64,000 bases of DNA from Maritimibacter sp. (GCA_011389895.1 JAABTN010000013.1:2895-66894), one strand, 5' to 3'. Shown: positions 9,516 through 19,976, counted from the stretch's first letter. Program-made: numbers and translations. Notes: generated by a model from the sequence alone, not told the origin.

Positions 9516-11444
9516 TTAACGCAAAGCGCCCGCTTCAATGAGCGCGTCGTGTTTCTCGGCGTCATACCACCAGAAATCAAGATACCCCAGTCCAAGCGGC
9601 GGGATCTCGTCGGGGCGGCCATACATATCCCAATAGGCGACCGTGTGCACGGGCTTGAACCACTGTGGCACGGTGAAGCCGATCGAACGCAACACGCGGT
9701 CCAGCGCATGGACCGAGGTGCGCAATTCATCGAGCGTCTCGGCATCGACCACGGTCGGCAGGATCGCGTCCACGGCGTCGTTGCGCAGCCGCATGAGGTT
9801 GCGCGAACTGTCGTCGGCGGTCTTGGAGGCGAACCATTGTTCCAACCCGATGCCCGGCTCGAACCCCATCTGGAACGAATGGCTCACAAGGTCGAAATCG
9901 CCCGCGCGACGGCTTTCGACATACTGCGCGGTATCGACCCGGTTCAGCTCGGCATCGAAGCCAAGCAGGCGGAGGTTCTCGATATAGGGGTTGAGGATGC
10001 GGTCGAAATTCGGATCGAACGAAAGGATTTCAAGCCCAAGGGTCTCGCCCGCGTCGTTGCGGCGCAGCCCGTCGTCGCCGACCACCCAGCCCGCGTCTTC
10101 CAGAATTTGCCCGGCTTCGCGATACATGCGGCGCGGCGGGCGGTTCTGATCGGTGGTGTTCACGGGGGGCAGAACCGCCTCGTCGGTCAGGATCGAGGCG
10201 TCCAGAAGACCCTCGTCGACCAGCGGCTGAAGGATCGCGATCTCGGCTTCGGACGGGGTGCCGGTGGCGGCAAGATCGGTGCCGGGCCAGAAGCTGTCAA
10301 CCCGGTCGTAAAGCCCGTAAAACAGCGCCTGGTTCGACCATTCGAAGTTGAACATCATCTCGGCAGCCTTGCGCACCCGCCGGTCCTGCCACGTTTCGCG
10401 ATCGAGATTGAAAACGAAACTCTGTGCGGTGCCCACGGTGCCATCGGGGATTTCTTCCTTAATGACATTGCCCTCGTTCAGCGCCGGGAAATCATAGCCG
10501 GTCGCCCAGATCAGCGACGAGTTTTCGATCCGGTAGGTGAAGGCCCCGGCCTTGAACGCTTCGAAGGCCGCTTGGCTGTCGGCAAAATATTCGACCCGGA
10601 TACGGTCGAAATTGTTGCGCCCGACGTTCATCGGGTGATCGGTGCCCCAGTAATCCGGGTTCTTCGCGTAGATGATCTGGCGGTTGAAATCCTTGCTTTC
10701 CAGAACATAGGCCCCGGTGGCCATGAAGGGTTCCTCGGAACTGTCGTCAAGCCGCGTGCCGGTCTCTTCAAACCACGCCTTCGAGAACACCGGTGTGCCG
10801 CCGGCAAACCCGATGCGTTCGCGGATCGGGGATTGGTCGGTGAAGGTGAAGGTTATGGTATGCTCATCCTCGATCTCGACATCTTCGAGGAACCCTTCGA
10901 CGATCCGCCGATATTCGGTGATCCCCTGTTCCAAAAACAGGTTGAACGAGAACAGCACGTCTTCCGCCGTCATCGGCGTGCCATCGGCAAAGGTCACGTC
11001 ATCGCGCAGGTTGAAGGTGACCCATTTCAGATCCTCGGGATATTCCATCGTCTCGCAGAGAAAACAATAAATGCCGTAGGGGTCGTCGAGCGCGGTCGAC
11101 ACGATGGATTCCGACCCGATGGTGGCAAGCGCGGCAGCAACGCCCTTGCGCGAATAATTGTTGAAACTGTCAAAGGTTCCCATGGCCGAGATCGAAATCT
11201 CGCCCCCTTTCGGCGCGTCCGGGTTCACGTAGTCCAGATGCGCCATGTCGGGGCCGTATTTGACAGCGCCGAAGTTCGAGTACGCATGTGTCGTGGTCGT
11301 GTCCTGACCAAGAACCGCGGGCGCTGTCGCGATCAGCCCGGCTGTGGCAAGGGCAAAGGCCATGAGCGGCATGGGCACCGGGCGCACCGGGCGCACCGGG
11401 CGCGGAGCGGCGGCGCTTTGGGCCTGCGGGCGATGTGGCGTCAT
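9516..11444 (-). CDS. yejA: Peptide ABC transporter substrate-binding protein (family 5, YejA-like)
   Basis: HLDYVNPDAPKGG, GTFDSFN, GRNNFDRIRVEY, WWYD C-terminus; signal peptide. Confidence 0.9.
   Translation of the reverse strand: MTPHRPQAQSAAAPRPVRPVRPVPMPLMAFALATAGLIATAPAVLGQDTTTTHAYSNFGAVKYGPDMAHLDYVNPDAPKGGEISISAMGTFDSFNNYSRKGVAAALATIGSESIVSTALDDPYGIYCFLCETMEYPEDLKWVTFNLRDDVTFADGTPMTAEDVLFSFNLFLEQGITEYRRIVEGFLEDVEIEDEHTITFTFTDQSPIRERIGFAGGTPVFSKAWFEETGTRLDDSSEEPFMATGAYVLESKDFNRQIIYAKNPDYWGTDHPMNVGRNNFDRIRVEYFADSQAAFEAFKAGAFTYRIENSSLIWATGYDFPALNEGNVIKEEIPDGTVGTAQSFVFNLDRETWQDRRVRKAAEMMFNFEWSNQALFYGLYDRVDSFWPGTDLAATGTPSEAEIAILQPLVDEGLLDASILTDEAVLPPVNTTDQNRPPRRMYREAGQILEDAGWVVGDDGLRRNDAGETLGLEILSFDPNFDRILNPYIENLRLLGFDAELNRVDTAQYVESRRAGDFDLVSHSFQMGFEPGIGLEQWFASKTADDSSRNLMRLRNDAVDAILPTVVDAETLDELRTSVHALDRVLRSIGFTVPQWFKPVHTVAYWDMYGRPDEIPPLGLGYLDFWWYDAEKHDALIEAGALR
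11375..11401. repeat. Three perfect 9-bp tandem copies (gcaccgggc) in the yejA signal-peptide region
   Basis: gcaccgggc x3 read directly; encodes the RPVRPVRPV tract on the minus strand. Confidence 0.9.
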
Positions 11445-11559
11445 GGGGTCTCCTGCTGCTGGTCGTCTCCGTCCGGAACAAGCTAAGGCCGCGTTGCGCC
11501 GATATTCAAGGCGAGAATTCGTGAGGTGCATTGCAGCGCCTATACAGGGCGCCACGAAA

Positions 11560-11589
11560 AAGGCCGCCTCGCGGGTGCGAAGCGGCCTT
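11560..11589 (-). terminator. Probable intrinsic terminator of the cytochrome c gene
   Basis: aaggccgc...gcggcctt stem with a flanking A-run (U-tract on the minus strand). Confidence 0.55.
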
Positions 11590-11620
11590 GGATCGCGGTC
11601 GAAGCGACCCGGTATTGCGG

Positions 11621-12169
11621 TCACTGTTCCTGAAGATAGGCGATCAGGTCGGCGCGATCTTCAATGTCGTCGAGACCGGCAAAGGACATCTTGGTGCCGG
11701 GCATGTTCTCGCGCGGGTTTTCCAAGAAGGCTTGGAGCACTTCGGGTGTCCATTCGCCGCCAAAAGAAGCCATCGCGTCGGAATATCCGAACCCGTCAAC
11801 CGCCGCGACTTCGCGCCCGACCACGCCATCAAGATAGGGGCCGGTGCCGTTCGATCCGTCAAGCTTGTGACAGGCTTTGCACTTGTTGTAGACGCGCTCG
11901 CCGCTTCCCGCATCGGCTTCGGCAAAAACGTCTTCAAAGCTGACTTCGACCACTTCTTCCTGTTCTTCGGCGTCATCGTTGGCTTCCAGCGACGCGATGA
12001 CGTAGCCTTGGGTCGGGCCATGGTCATCGGATTCATCGCCGTGGCCACCGCCATGCTCGGCCATCTCGGTCGAATACAATGCGTCCGCGGCCCAGTTTGA
12101 GAAGAGAAAGATCAAAAGCGCGGCGCAGACAGCAGCGCCAGCCTTGGTGAAGGTCATTGTGTCGAACAT
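11621..12169 (-). CDS. cycM: Membrane-anchored class I cytochrome c (cytochrome cY / c552 type)
   Basis: N-terminal TM helix, acidic/His-rich linker, CKACH heme motif, GPYL, PGTKM axial Met. Confidence 0.85.
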   Translation of the reverse strand: MFDTMTFTKAGAAVCAALLIFLFSNWAADALYSTEMAEHGGGHGDESDDHGPTQGYVIASLEANDDAEEQEEVVEVSFEDVFAEADAGSGERVYNKCKACHKLDGSNGTGPYLDGVVGREVAAVDGFGYSDAMASFGGEWTPEVLQAFLENPRENMPGTKMSFAGLDDIEDRADLIAYLQEQ

Positions 12170-12298
12170 GTCGCGTTCCGTTCTTGGCAAGGTCTCGCGG
12201 GTGTCTACACGCTTTAACCCGCGCGTTTCAAGCGCTATGAGCCGCGTCAAATTGTATTAAATGCTCCACGTGGGCCGATCACGGAAAAGGGACAGGGT

Positions 12299-13132
12299 GT
12301 GACCAGAAAAATCGCATTTCAGGGTGAGCCGGGTGCCTATTCCCACCAGGCCTGTCTCGACGCACGTCCCGATCTCGAAGCCTTGCCGTGCGCGACCTTC
12401 GAAGAGGTTATCGACGCGGTGCGCACCGGGGCGGCGGAACAGGCCATGCTGCCGGTCGAAAACTCGACCTATGGGCGCGTGGCGGATATTCACCGGCTCC
12501 TGCCCGAAAGCGGGCTTCACATTCACGACGAGGCTTTCCTGCGGGTTCGGATCGCGCTCTTGTCGCTGCCGGGCCGGACATTGGCCGACATTCGCGATGT
12601 GCGCGCGCATCTGGTGCTGCTGCCGCAATCGGCGCAGTTTCTCAAGGCGCACGGGATCACGGGCCATGCCGCCGCCGACAGCGCGGGGGCTGCCGCCGAG
12701 CTTGCCCACCTGCGCACCCCGCACGAGGGCGTGCTGGCGTCCGAAATCGCCGCCGAGATCTATGGTCTCGACGTGCTGGCCCGCGATATCGAGGATCATG
12801 GGCACAACACCACGCGCTTCGTGATCATGGGCCGCGCCCCGGACATGCGCCGACGCAGCGACGAGATGATGACCACCTTCGTGTTCGAAGTGCGCAACAT
12901 TCCGGCGGCGCTTTACAAGGCGATGGGGGGCTTCGCGACCAACGGCGTCAACATGACGAAACTGGAAAGCTACATGATCGACGGCTCGTTCACCGCGACG
13001 CGGTTCTATTCCGACATCGAGGGCCACCCGGACGATCCGGCGGTTGCCCGCGCGCTGGAAGAACTGTCGTATTTCACCAACAACGTCGACATCCTCGGGG
13101 TCTACCCCGCCGACCCGCGCCGCCACGGCTGA
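12299..13132 (+). CDS. pheA: Prephenate dehydratase (PDT + ACT)
   Basis: IAFQGEPGAYS, LPVENSTYG, NTTRF, NMTKLES. Confidence 0.95.
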   Translation: MTRKIAFQGEPGAYSHQACLDARPDLEALPCATFEEVIDAVRTGAAEQAMLPVENSTYGRVADIHRLLPESGLHIHDEAFLRVRIALLSLPGRTLADIRDVRAHLVLLPQSAQFLKAHGITGHAAADSAGAAAELAHLRTPHEGVLASEIAAEIYGLDVLARDIEDHGHNTTRFVIMGRAPDMRRRSDEMMTTFVFEVRNIPAALYKAMGGFATNGVNMTKLESYMIDGSFTATRFYSDIEGHPDDPAVARALEELSYFTNNVDILGVYPADPRRHG

Positions 13133-13141
13133 CGCGGGGCT

Positions 13142-13612
13142 TTAGAACCCGCGCGTCTGGCAGCGTTCTTCCAACTCTGCCGCGTATTCGGCGATCCGGT
13201 GGCGATAGCGCTTTTCGATCTTCGTGCGCGCCAGCTTTGCCGATTGGATCATCAGCCGGGCCGGAATGGTGCGCGGTGTCGTCTCGATGGTGATCTTCAT
13301 GCGGGTGCGGGTGCGCGACATCGCGACCAGCTCGATCACGCAATCAAGGTCAAGCCCGGCGGCCCGCGTCACCACTCGCATTCCCTCCGGCGGATCGTAG
13401 GATTTCAGGTCCACGTCTGCCTTCCGGTCCCGTCCGCGAAATTGAAACTCCGCATGCCACGACATGCCCGGCCCCGGCTCTGCGAGGGTATCGGTGCGCA
13501 CCACGTCGGCCCCGCGCCGCATGGCCGCGCGTTCGAACCACGCGAAATCCGAGACATGCGCAAAGACCGCTTCGATCGGTGCGGCGACGTCTTCGCTCGT
13601 GGAGAGTTTCAT
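13142..13612 (-). CDS. SRPBCC/START-fold protein
   Basis: Size and pattern (EDVAAPIEAVFAHVSDF...W) typical of polyketide cyclase/SRPBCC proteins. Confidence 0.6.
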   Translation of the reverse strand: MKLSTSEDVAAPIEAVFAHVSDFAWFERAAMRRGADVVRTDTLAEPGPGMSWHAEFQFRGRDRKADVDLKSYDPPEGMRVVTRAAGLDLDCVIELVAMSRTRTRMKITIETTPRTIPARLMIQSAKLARTKIEKRYRHRIAEYAAELEERCQTRGF

Positions 13613-13694
13613 GTGTCGTGACCCTTTTTCTGCTCGTCGGGTGCCTTGATGCCCCGTTGGTTGCCCGGTTGGTTTTCAGGGCCGAAGTGTGCGG

Positions 13695-14663
13695 TCAGGG
13701 AAGCGTTCCGGCAAGCCAATTCTTCATGAGAACCTGCGCAATTGCCCCGCTGCGCGGCCTGCGGATCACAGGATGGGTGCCGGCAAAGACATCCACCAAC
13801 GCCTCGCGGGTGATCCAGAGCGCGTCTTCGATCTCCTTCGGGTCGAGCGTGATCTCGGTCGACCGGGCCTCGGTGGCGCAGCCGATCATGAGAGAGGCCG
13901 GGAAAGGCCAAGGCTGGCTTGCGATCAGGCGCACCGGGCCGACCGTGACGCCGACCTCTTCGGCCACCTCGCGCGCCACCGCGCTTTCGATCGTTTCGCC
14001 CGGCTCCATGAACCCGGCGAGCAGCGAATACATCGCCTCGGGCCATCCCGGCGAGCGGCCCAGAAGGATCGAGTTGCCATGGGTCACGAGCATGATGACC
14101 ACCGGGTCGGTGCGCGGGAAATGCATCCGCCCGCAGGCCGGACAGTCGCGCCGCCACCCGGCCTGTGACACGTTCGATTTCGCCCCGCAGGAGGCACAAA
14201 AGCCATGGCTCCGGTGCCATTCGATGATCCCGCGCGCGGTCGCCGCGAGCTCGCCCTCGAACGCCGTGAGACCCATCAGGATGCCCCGCATGTCGGGAAA
14301 CCGGGCGTCGTCGGGCAGGCTGCCCATGGTTGGCGCAGGCTGCGCCTCGCCCGGATCGCCGGGGCCTCCGTCCCGCGCCGTATCCTCGGGCGACCAGCCC
14401 GAAATGTCGGCGGCGAACAGGGGCCCGTCGTCATCCTGCCCAAGAAACAGGGGTTCGGCGGTCTGGAGCGCGGCGATGGGGTGATCGGAGGCGAGAAGAC
14501 ACAGGTGAAGATCGCCCCCGCGCCCGCTTTCACCGGCCACGAGAGGGCGACCACGCCAGATCGGCAGAATGCGCGCGCTTGGCCAAAGGCGCGTCCAGTC
14601 CCCGCGCAGATGGTCGGCGCGATCCAGTCCGCCGGCGCGGAATGCGAGTTGGTTCAGATCCAT
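13695..14663 (-). CDS. nudC: NAD(+)/NADH diphosphatase NudC
   Basis: CASCG...CPACG zinc finger, Nudix box GFMEPGETIESAVAREVAEEVG, SQPWPFP. Confidence 0.95.
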   Translation of the reverse strand: MDLNQLAFRAGGLDRADHLRGDWTRLWPSARILPIWRGRPLVAGESGRGGDLHLCLLASDHPIAALQTAEPLFLGQDDDGPLFAADISGWSPEDTARDGGPGDPGEAQPAPTMGSLPDDARFPDMRGILMGLTAFEGELAATARGIIEWHRSHGFCASCGAKSNVSQAGWRRDCPACGRMHFPRTDPVVIMLVTHGNSILLGRSPGWPEAMYSLLAGFMEPGETIESAVAREVAEEVGVTVGPVRLIASQPWPFPASLMIGCATEARSTEITLDPKEIEDALWITREALVDVFAGTHPVIRRPRSGAIAQVLMKNWLAGTLP

Positions 14664-14728
14664 GGTGCCCCCTTTATCCCGGCCTTGGGGTAGCCAGTGC
14701 GACCGCCCCTGTCAAAACAATCGACGGG

Positions 14729-14757
14729 TTGAAACGGGCGCTGTGATATCCTAAATA
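14729..14757 (+). promoter_or_regulatory. Sigma70-like promoter of ffs
   Basis: TTGAAA-17 bp-TAAATA ending 4 nt before the SRP RNA. Confidence 0.7.
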
Positions 14758-14761
14758 CTCC

Positions 14762-14861
14762 GGTGAGAGGTTGGCGCGGGCAGGCGCCTCGCCAACCCGG
14801 TCAGGTCCGGAAGGAAGCAGCCGTAACGAGCCCCGCTTGGGTCGTTGTCCAGCCTCTCACC
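14762..14861 (+). ncRNA. ffs: Small bacterial SRP (4.5S) RNA
   Basis: Conserved domain IV TCAGGTCCGGAAGGAAGCAGC; terminal pairing ggtgagagg/cctctcacc. Confidence 0.95.
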
Positions 14862-14961
14862 CCATCCCTCGTTTGCCGATCCATGTCGCGAGTATCTATC
14901 GCCCCCGGACACAGGGGCGGCGCGTTTGCCCCATTGCCCTTGCGTCTCTTGCGAAAGGAAA

Positions 14962-15990
14962 TCAGGCCGAGCGCACCGCGTCGATCATCTTCGCCACGTT
15001 GTCGGGGTCCGAATCCGGCGTGATGCCGTGGCCGAGGTTGAAGATATGCGGTCCGCCGCGCAGCGCGCGCGTGATCGCCTGCGCGTCATCCACAAGCGCC
15101 TGCCCGCCGGTCACCATGTGGCCCGGGGCGAGGTTGCCCTGCACACATCCGTCCACCTGCACATATTTGGCCGCCCATTCGGCGGTGATGGAATTGTCGA
15201 GGGCCACGCAATCCGCGCCGGTCGCCTTGGCAAACCCGATGTAACGGTCGCCTGCTTCGCGGGGGAAGGCGATGATCGGCACATCGGGGTGACGGGCCTT
15301 CAGGGCCGAGATGATCCGTTTCGCGGGCTTCAGCGCGAAATCGTCGAAATCCTGACCCTTGAGCGACCCGGCCCAGCTGTCGAATATCTTGACCGTTTCC
15401 GCCCCGGCCTCGATCTGTTTCGAAAGATACTCGATCGTCGCCTCGGTCAGAAGGTCGATAAGCTGGACGAACAGCGCCCGGTTTTCGGACTTGAGCGCAT
15501 GGGCCGGCCCCTGATCCTTGGTGCCGCGTCCCGCGATCATGTAGGTCGCCACGGTCCACGGTGCCCCGGCGAACCCGATAAGCGCGGTTTCCTCTGGCAG
15601 CTCGCGCGACAGGATGCGGATGGTTTCATAGATCGGGGCGAGGTGATCGTGAATGTCGTCATGCCCGCCCAGCTTTGCGAAATCCGCCTCGCCCTCGATG
15701 GTCGACAACCGGGGGCCTTCGCCGGTCACGAACCAAAGATCCGCGCCAAGCGCCTGTGGAAGCAGCAAGATATCGGCAAACAGGATCGCGGCATCGAAGC
15801 CGAAGCGCCGGATCGGTTGCAACGTGACCTCGGCGGCGAGATCGGAATTGTAGCACAACGACAGGAAATCCCCGGCCTCGGCCCGCGTTGCGCGGTATTC
15901 CGGCAGGTAACGTCCAGCCTGCCGCATCATCCAGATCGGCGGGGTTGGAAGAGTTTCGCCCGCGAGGGCGCGCATCAGAAGCTTTGCCAT
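14962..15990 (-). CDS. hemE: Uroporphyrinogen decarboxylase
   Basis: [33 protein letters not shown]. Confidence 0.97.
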   Translation of the reverse strand: MAKLLMRALAGETLPTPPIWMMRQAGRYLPEYRATRAEAGDFLSLCYNSDLAAEVTLQPIRRFGFDAAILFADILLLPQALGADLWFVTGEGPRLSTIEGEADFAKLGGHDDIHDHLAPIYETIRILSRELPEETALIGFAGAPWTVATYMIAGRGTKDQGPAHALKSENRALFVQLIDLLTEATIEYLSKQIEAGAETVKIFDSWAGSLKGQDFDDFALKPAKRIISALKARHPDVPIIAFPREAGDRYIGFAKATGADCVALDNSITAEWAAKYVQVDGCVQGNLAPGHMVTGGQALVDDAQAITRALRGGPHIFNLGHGITPDSDPDNVAKMIDAVRSA

Positions 15991-16091
15991 ATTCGATCCT
16001 TTCGAAGCTTGGCTTGGGTCGTCAATCCGGACGAACATGTCAAGTGTCTCGGGCATGGACAGGGCAATCGGTCACGGCTAAAGCTGCGCGC

Positions 16092-17051
16092 ATGACCATG
16101 ATACTTCCCGACCCGTCCAAACCCTTCAAGATCGGCACGCGTGGATCGCCTCTCGCCCTCGCGCAGGCGCATGAAACGCGCGATCGTCTGGCAAAGGCCT
16201 TTGATCTGCCCGCGCCTGCCTTCGAGATCGTGGTGATCAAGACGACAGGGGATGACCGCGCGATGATCGCGGCGGACCGGCCTTTGAAGGAAATCGGCAA
16301 CAAGGGGTTGTTCACGCGCGAAATCGAAGAGCAGCTTCTGAATGGACGGATCGACATCGCGGTGCATTCGATGAAGGATATGCCGGTCGAGCAGCCCCCC
16401 GGTCTGACCCTCGATTGCTACCTGCCGCGCGAGGACACGCGTGATGCTTTCGTGTCGATCAACGCAAAGGCAATCGCCGATCTGCCCGAGGGGGCGGTTG
16501 TCGGAACCTCGTCCCTGCGCCGAAAATCTCAGCTTCTCAACCGCAGACCGGACCTCAGGGTGGTCGAGTTTCGCGGTAATGTTCAAACCCGGCTTGGAAA
16601 ACTGCGCGACGGGGTGGCGGATGCCACGTTTCTCGCCATGGCCGGGCTGACGCGTCTCGGGATGCTGAAAGATGTGCCTCATGCGGCGATTGCCCCGGAC
16701 GACATGTTGCCCGCCATCGCGCAAGGCGCCATCGGGATCGAGCGGCGCGCGCATGATGACCGCACGGGCGAAATGCTGGCCACGATCCACCACGCTGAGA
16801 CCGCGCAACGGCTCGCTGCCGAACGCGCGTTCCTTGCCGCGCTGGACGGGTCTTGCGAGACGCCTATCGCGGGGATCGCGGAGCTTGATGGCACGCAGAT
16901 GCGTCTGCGGGGCGAAATTCTGCGCACCGATGGGACCGAAGCCTTGGCAGACGATGTCACCGGCCCGATCGCGGACGGGCCGGCTTTGGGTCGGGCTATG
17001 GCCGCAAGGCTTCTGGAACAGGCCGGAGACGGGTTTTTCGACTGGCATTGA
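16092..17051 (+). CDS. hemC: Hydroxymethylbilane synthase (porphobilinogen deaminase)
   Basis: IGTRGSPLALAQA, KGLFTREIE, AVHSMKDMP, GTSSLRR, RGNVQTRL, GSCETPI. Confidence 0.97.
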   Translation: MTMILPDPSKPFKIGTRGSPLALAQAHETRDRLAKAFDLPAPAFEIVVIKTTGDDRAMIAADRPLKEIGNKGLFTREIEEQLLNGRIDIAVHSMKDMPVEQPPGLTLDCYLPREDTRDAFVSINAKAIADLPEGAVVGTSSLRRKSQLLNRRPDLRVVEFRGNVQTRLGKLRDGVADATFLAMAGLTRLGMLKDVPHAAIAPDDMLPAIAQGAIGIERRAHDDRTGEMLATIHHAETAQRLAAERAFLAALDGSCETPIAGIAELDGTQMRLRGEILRTDGTEALADDVTGPIADGPALGRAMAARLLEQAGDGFFDWH

Positions 17052-17075
17052 GACCTGCGCCGGAGGATCAGGCCG

Positions 17076-18446
17076 TCAGGGCAACAGCTTGCCGGGGTTC
17101 AAGATCCCCTTCGGGTCCATCGCCGCCTTGATCGCGCCCATAACGTCAAGCGCGACGGGGTTCTTGAGCCTCTGCATGGAGGGCAGCTTCGAGGTGCCGA
17201 TCCCGTGTTCGGCGGAAAAGCTGCCGCCCAGATCGCCCACTACGCCTTCGACAGCCTGCACCACGGCATCGGCCAGCGTGGGCTCGTCACGGGTCGGGTA
17301 GACGACGAAATGGATGTTTCCATCCCCGAGATGCGCCACGCAGGTGTCCGTCACGCCCGGATCGAGATCACCCAGAACCGGGCGCACCCTGTCAAAGAAA
17401 GACGACAGGCGATCCAGCGGAAGGGCAATGTCGGTGGTGACCCGGGGACTGCGGGCAAAGGCGATTTCCGCCGCCGCTTCGCGACGGGCCCAGATTTCGC
17501 GCCGCTGGGTGTCGTTCTGGGCAATGGTGGCATCCGCGATCTCGCCCCGCTCCAGCGCAGCGGCCAATTCCGTCTCCAGCATGCCGCCTATGTCGCCGGG
17601 ACCGGCCATTTCGACCATGACGTTGACCGCGTGGGGTGCATCGAAGGGTTCGCGCGCGCCCGGAACCCGCGCCACGTGCGTTTCGATGTAATCGCGGGGC
17701 ATGTATTCGAAAGCCTCGACCAACCCGCCGCTTATCGTCTGTAATCGCCCGAGCAGGGCGAGCGCGGCGTCCAGATCGCGGGGCGCGACCATCGCGGTGG
17801 CATGGGTTTGCGGGGCAGGGACGAGCTTGACCACCGCCGCGGTGATGATGCCCAGCGTGCCCTCGGCCCCGATGACCAGATCGCGCAGGTCGTAGCCGGT
17901 GTTGTCCTTGTGCAGTTCGGACATCAGGTCCATCACACGCCCATCGGCGAGCACGACCTCGACCCCGAGCACCTGCGCGCGGGTGTTGCCATATCGCAGC
18001 ACGTTTGAGCCGCCCGCGTTGGTGGAAAGAATGCCGCCGATCCGTGCTGAACCTTGCGCGCCGAAGCTGACGGGAAACATCAGCCCCTGCTCAGCGGCCG
18101 TGTTGCGCAGGGTTTCGACCACCACGCCCGCCTCGACGATGGCGAGCCGCGTCTTTGTGCGTATCTCTCGGATGCGGCTCATCCGGTCGAGCGACAGCAT
18201 CGCGGCCCCGTCGGCCCGGGTGCCGCCCGACAGCCCGGTGTTGCCCGACACCGGCACCACCGGCGTGCCGGTCTCATGTGCCAGCGCCATGAGCGCCGAA
18301 ACCTCGCCGGTCGTGCCTGGACGCAGCACGCACAGCGGGGTCCATTGGTAGGCCCCGGTCCAATCCTGCGATAATCCCGCGGCATCGGGACCGGTCAGCA
18401 CATGGTCGGCGCCGATCAGGGCGGCGGCGTTTTCGATAAATGGCAT
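17076..18446 (-). CDS. FAD-binding oxidoreductase (D-2-hydroxyacid dehydrogenase / GlcD-like)
   Basis: GNTGLSGG, NAGGSNVLRYG, HKDNTGYDL, AHLGDGNIH, SAEHGIG, DPKGILNPGK. Confidence 0.9.
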   Translation of the reverse strand: MPFIENAAALIGADHVLTGPDAAGLSQDWTGAYQWTPLCVLRPGTTGEVSALMALAHETGTPVVPVSGNTGLSGGTRADGAAMLSLDRMSRIREIRTKTRLAIVEAGVVVETLRNTAAEQGLMFPVSFGAQGSARIGGILSTNAGGSNVLRYGNTRAQVLGVEVVLADGRVMDLMSELHKDNTGYDLRDLVIGAEGTLGIITAAVVKLVPAPQTHATAMVAPRDLDAALALLGRLQTISGGLVEAFEYMPRDYIETHVARVPGAREPFDAPHAVNVMVEMAGPGDIGGMLETELAAALERGEIADATIAQNDTQRREIWARREAAAEIAFARSPRVTTDIALPLDRLSSFFDRVRPVLGDLDPGVTDTCVAHLGDGNIHFVVYPTRDEPTLADAVVQAVEGVVGDLGGSFSAEHGIGTSKLPSMQRLKNPVALDVMGAIKAAMDPKGILNPGKLLP

Positions 18447-18558
18447 GGTGTCCTCCCGTTCCGGCGTTTCGCGCCAGTCTGCCCATGGTTACGACCCCTG
18501 CGACCCCGGCTCAAGGCCGGGGGGCACGGGGAAAGGTGGGAGAGGGAGGGGCCTGTGT

Positions 18559-19914
18559 TCAGACCGCTTGGCTGTGGCCCGAGGCGTTCATCTCGTAGGC
18601 ATCGAAATACCTTGCGATGATCCGGGTCAGGGGCCGGGCGCTGTCGCGGATCGACAGGACGCCGTTCACCATGTCGACGCTGCCGGGCATGCTTTCGGCC
18701 AGCCCGTCGGCCAGCGCGATGGTGGTGGCCCGGTCGGCCCCCATTTCATCTGCCGTGGCCGCCAGATCAACTTTGAAATCGCACAGAAGATGTTCGATGA
18801 TCCGCCCGCGCAGCTTGTCGTCCCGCGAAAAGCTATGGCCGCGCGCGATGGCAAGCTCGCCCTTGCGCACCCGTTCCTGGTATTTCGAGGTGGCGCTTTC
18901 GTTCTGCGCATACCCCTGCGGGTAGCGCGAAATGGACGAGGCCCCGACACCGATCAGAACCGGCGAGGCGTCTTCGGTATAACCTTGGAAATTGCGCCGC
19001 ATGGTGCCGGCCTTGCGCGCTTTTTCCAGTCCATCTTCGGGCAGCGCGAAATGGTCGATGCCGATCTCGGCAAATCCGTCAGCCATGAAAAGCGCGCGCG
19101 CCGTATTGAACAGGTCGAGCCGCGCTTCCGGAGAAGGCAGCGCCTCGGTCGGGATCAGCGTCTGACGCCGGGCCATCCACGGCACATGGGCATAACCGAA
19201 CAACGCGATGCGGTCGGGGTCGAGCGACAGGACCTTTTGCACCGAATCGGTGATGCGTCCCTTGGTCTGGTGCGGCAGGCCGTAGAGCAGATCGACATTG
19301 AGCGACTGAATACCCCGCGCGCGCAACGCGTCGACCGCCTCTTTCGTGATCTCGAAACTCTGCGGTCGTCCGATGACTTCCTGGATCATCGGGTCGAAAT
19401 CCTGCACACCCAGCGAGGCACGGTTGAGCCCGGCGGCGGCGAGCGCGTCAAGCCGGGGACCGTCGATCTCGTTCGGGTCGATTTCGACCGAAAACTGTGC
19501 CCTGTCGCCCAACGGCGCGACATCGAAGATCGCGCCGGTCAGGTCGGCGATCATATCCGGTTCCAGCAACGTGGGGGTGCCACCGCCCCAATGCAAGTGG
19601 CTGATACGCACATCATCGGCAAGGTTCTGCTTGAGCGTGGCCAGCTCTTTTTTCAGCGTTTCCACGTAGGCGCGCACCGGGCCCGCGTTGCTCGTGCCCT
19701 GGGTGCGACAGGCGCAGAACCAGCACAACCGGCGGCAGAACGGCACGTGGATATAAAGCGATATTTCGGACGCCGATGGAATGGCCTGAATCCATTCCGA
19801 TACGTGGCCGGACCCGACACCGCCGGCAAAGTGCGGCGCAGTCGGATAACTGGTGTAGCGGGGCACGCGCGCGTCGAACAGACCTAGCTTGCGAAGTTGC
19901 GAATATGTTTCCAT
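18559..19914 (-). CDS. hemN: Oxygen-independent coproporphyrinogen III oxidase (radical SAM)
   Basis: PRYTSYPTA, YIHVPFCRRLCWFCAC (CX3CX2C), HWGGGTPT, RRNFQGY. Confidence 0.97.
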   Translation of the reverse strand: METYSQLRKLGLFDARVPRYTSYPTAPHFAGGVGSGHVSEWIQAIPSASEISLYIHVPFCRRLCWFCACRTQGTSNAGPVRAYVETLKKELATLKQNLADDVRISHLHWGGGTPTLLEPDMIADLTGAIFDVAPLGDRAQFSVEIDPNEIDGPRLDALAAAGLNRASLGVQDFDPMIQEVIGRPQSFEITKEAVDALRARGIQSLNVDLLYGLPHQTKGRITDSVQKVLSLDPDRIALFGYAHVPWMARRQTLIPTEALPSPEARLDLFNTARALFMADGFAEIGIDHFALPEDGLEKARKAGTMRRNFQGYTEDASPVLIGVGASSISRYPQGYAQNESATSKYQERVRKGELAIARGHSFSRDDKLRGRIIEHLLCDFKVDLAATADEMGADRATTIALADGLAESMPGSVDMVNGVLSIRDSARPLTRIIARYFDAYEMNASGHSQAV

Positions 19915-19949
19915 TGGGATAGCGTAGAACGTGCATCAGCAGCGCGACT

Positions 19950-19963
19950 TTGACACGGATCAA
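19950..19963. promoter_or_regulatory. FNR/FnrL box between divergent hemN and fnrL
   Basis: TTGAC-acgg-ATCAA versus consensus TTGAT-N4-ATCAA. Confidence 0.85.
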
Positions 19964-19976
19964 AAAAGAGAAACGA

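Noticed and set aside
14762-14861. ffs as a possible integration site
   Set aside because: No integrase, att duplication or foreign DNA is adjacent.
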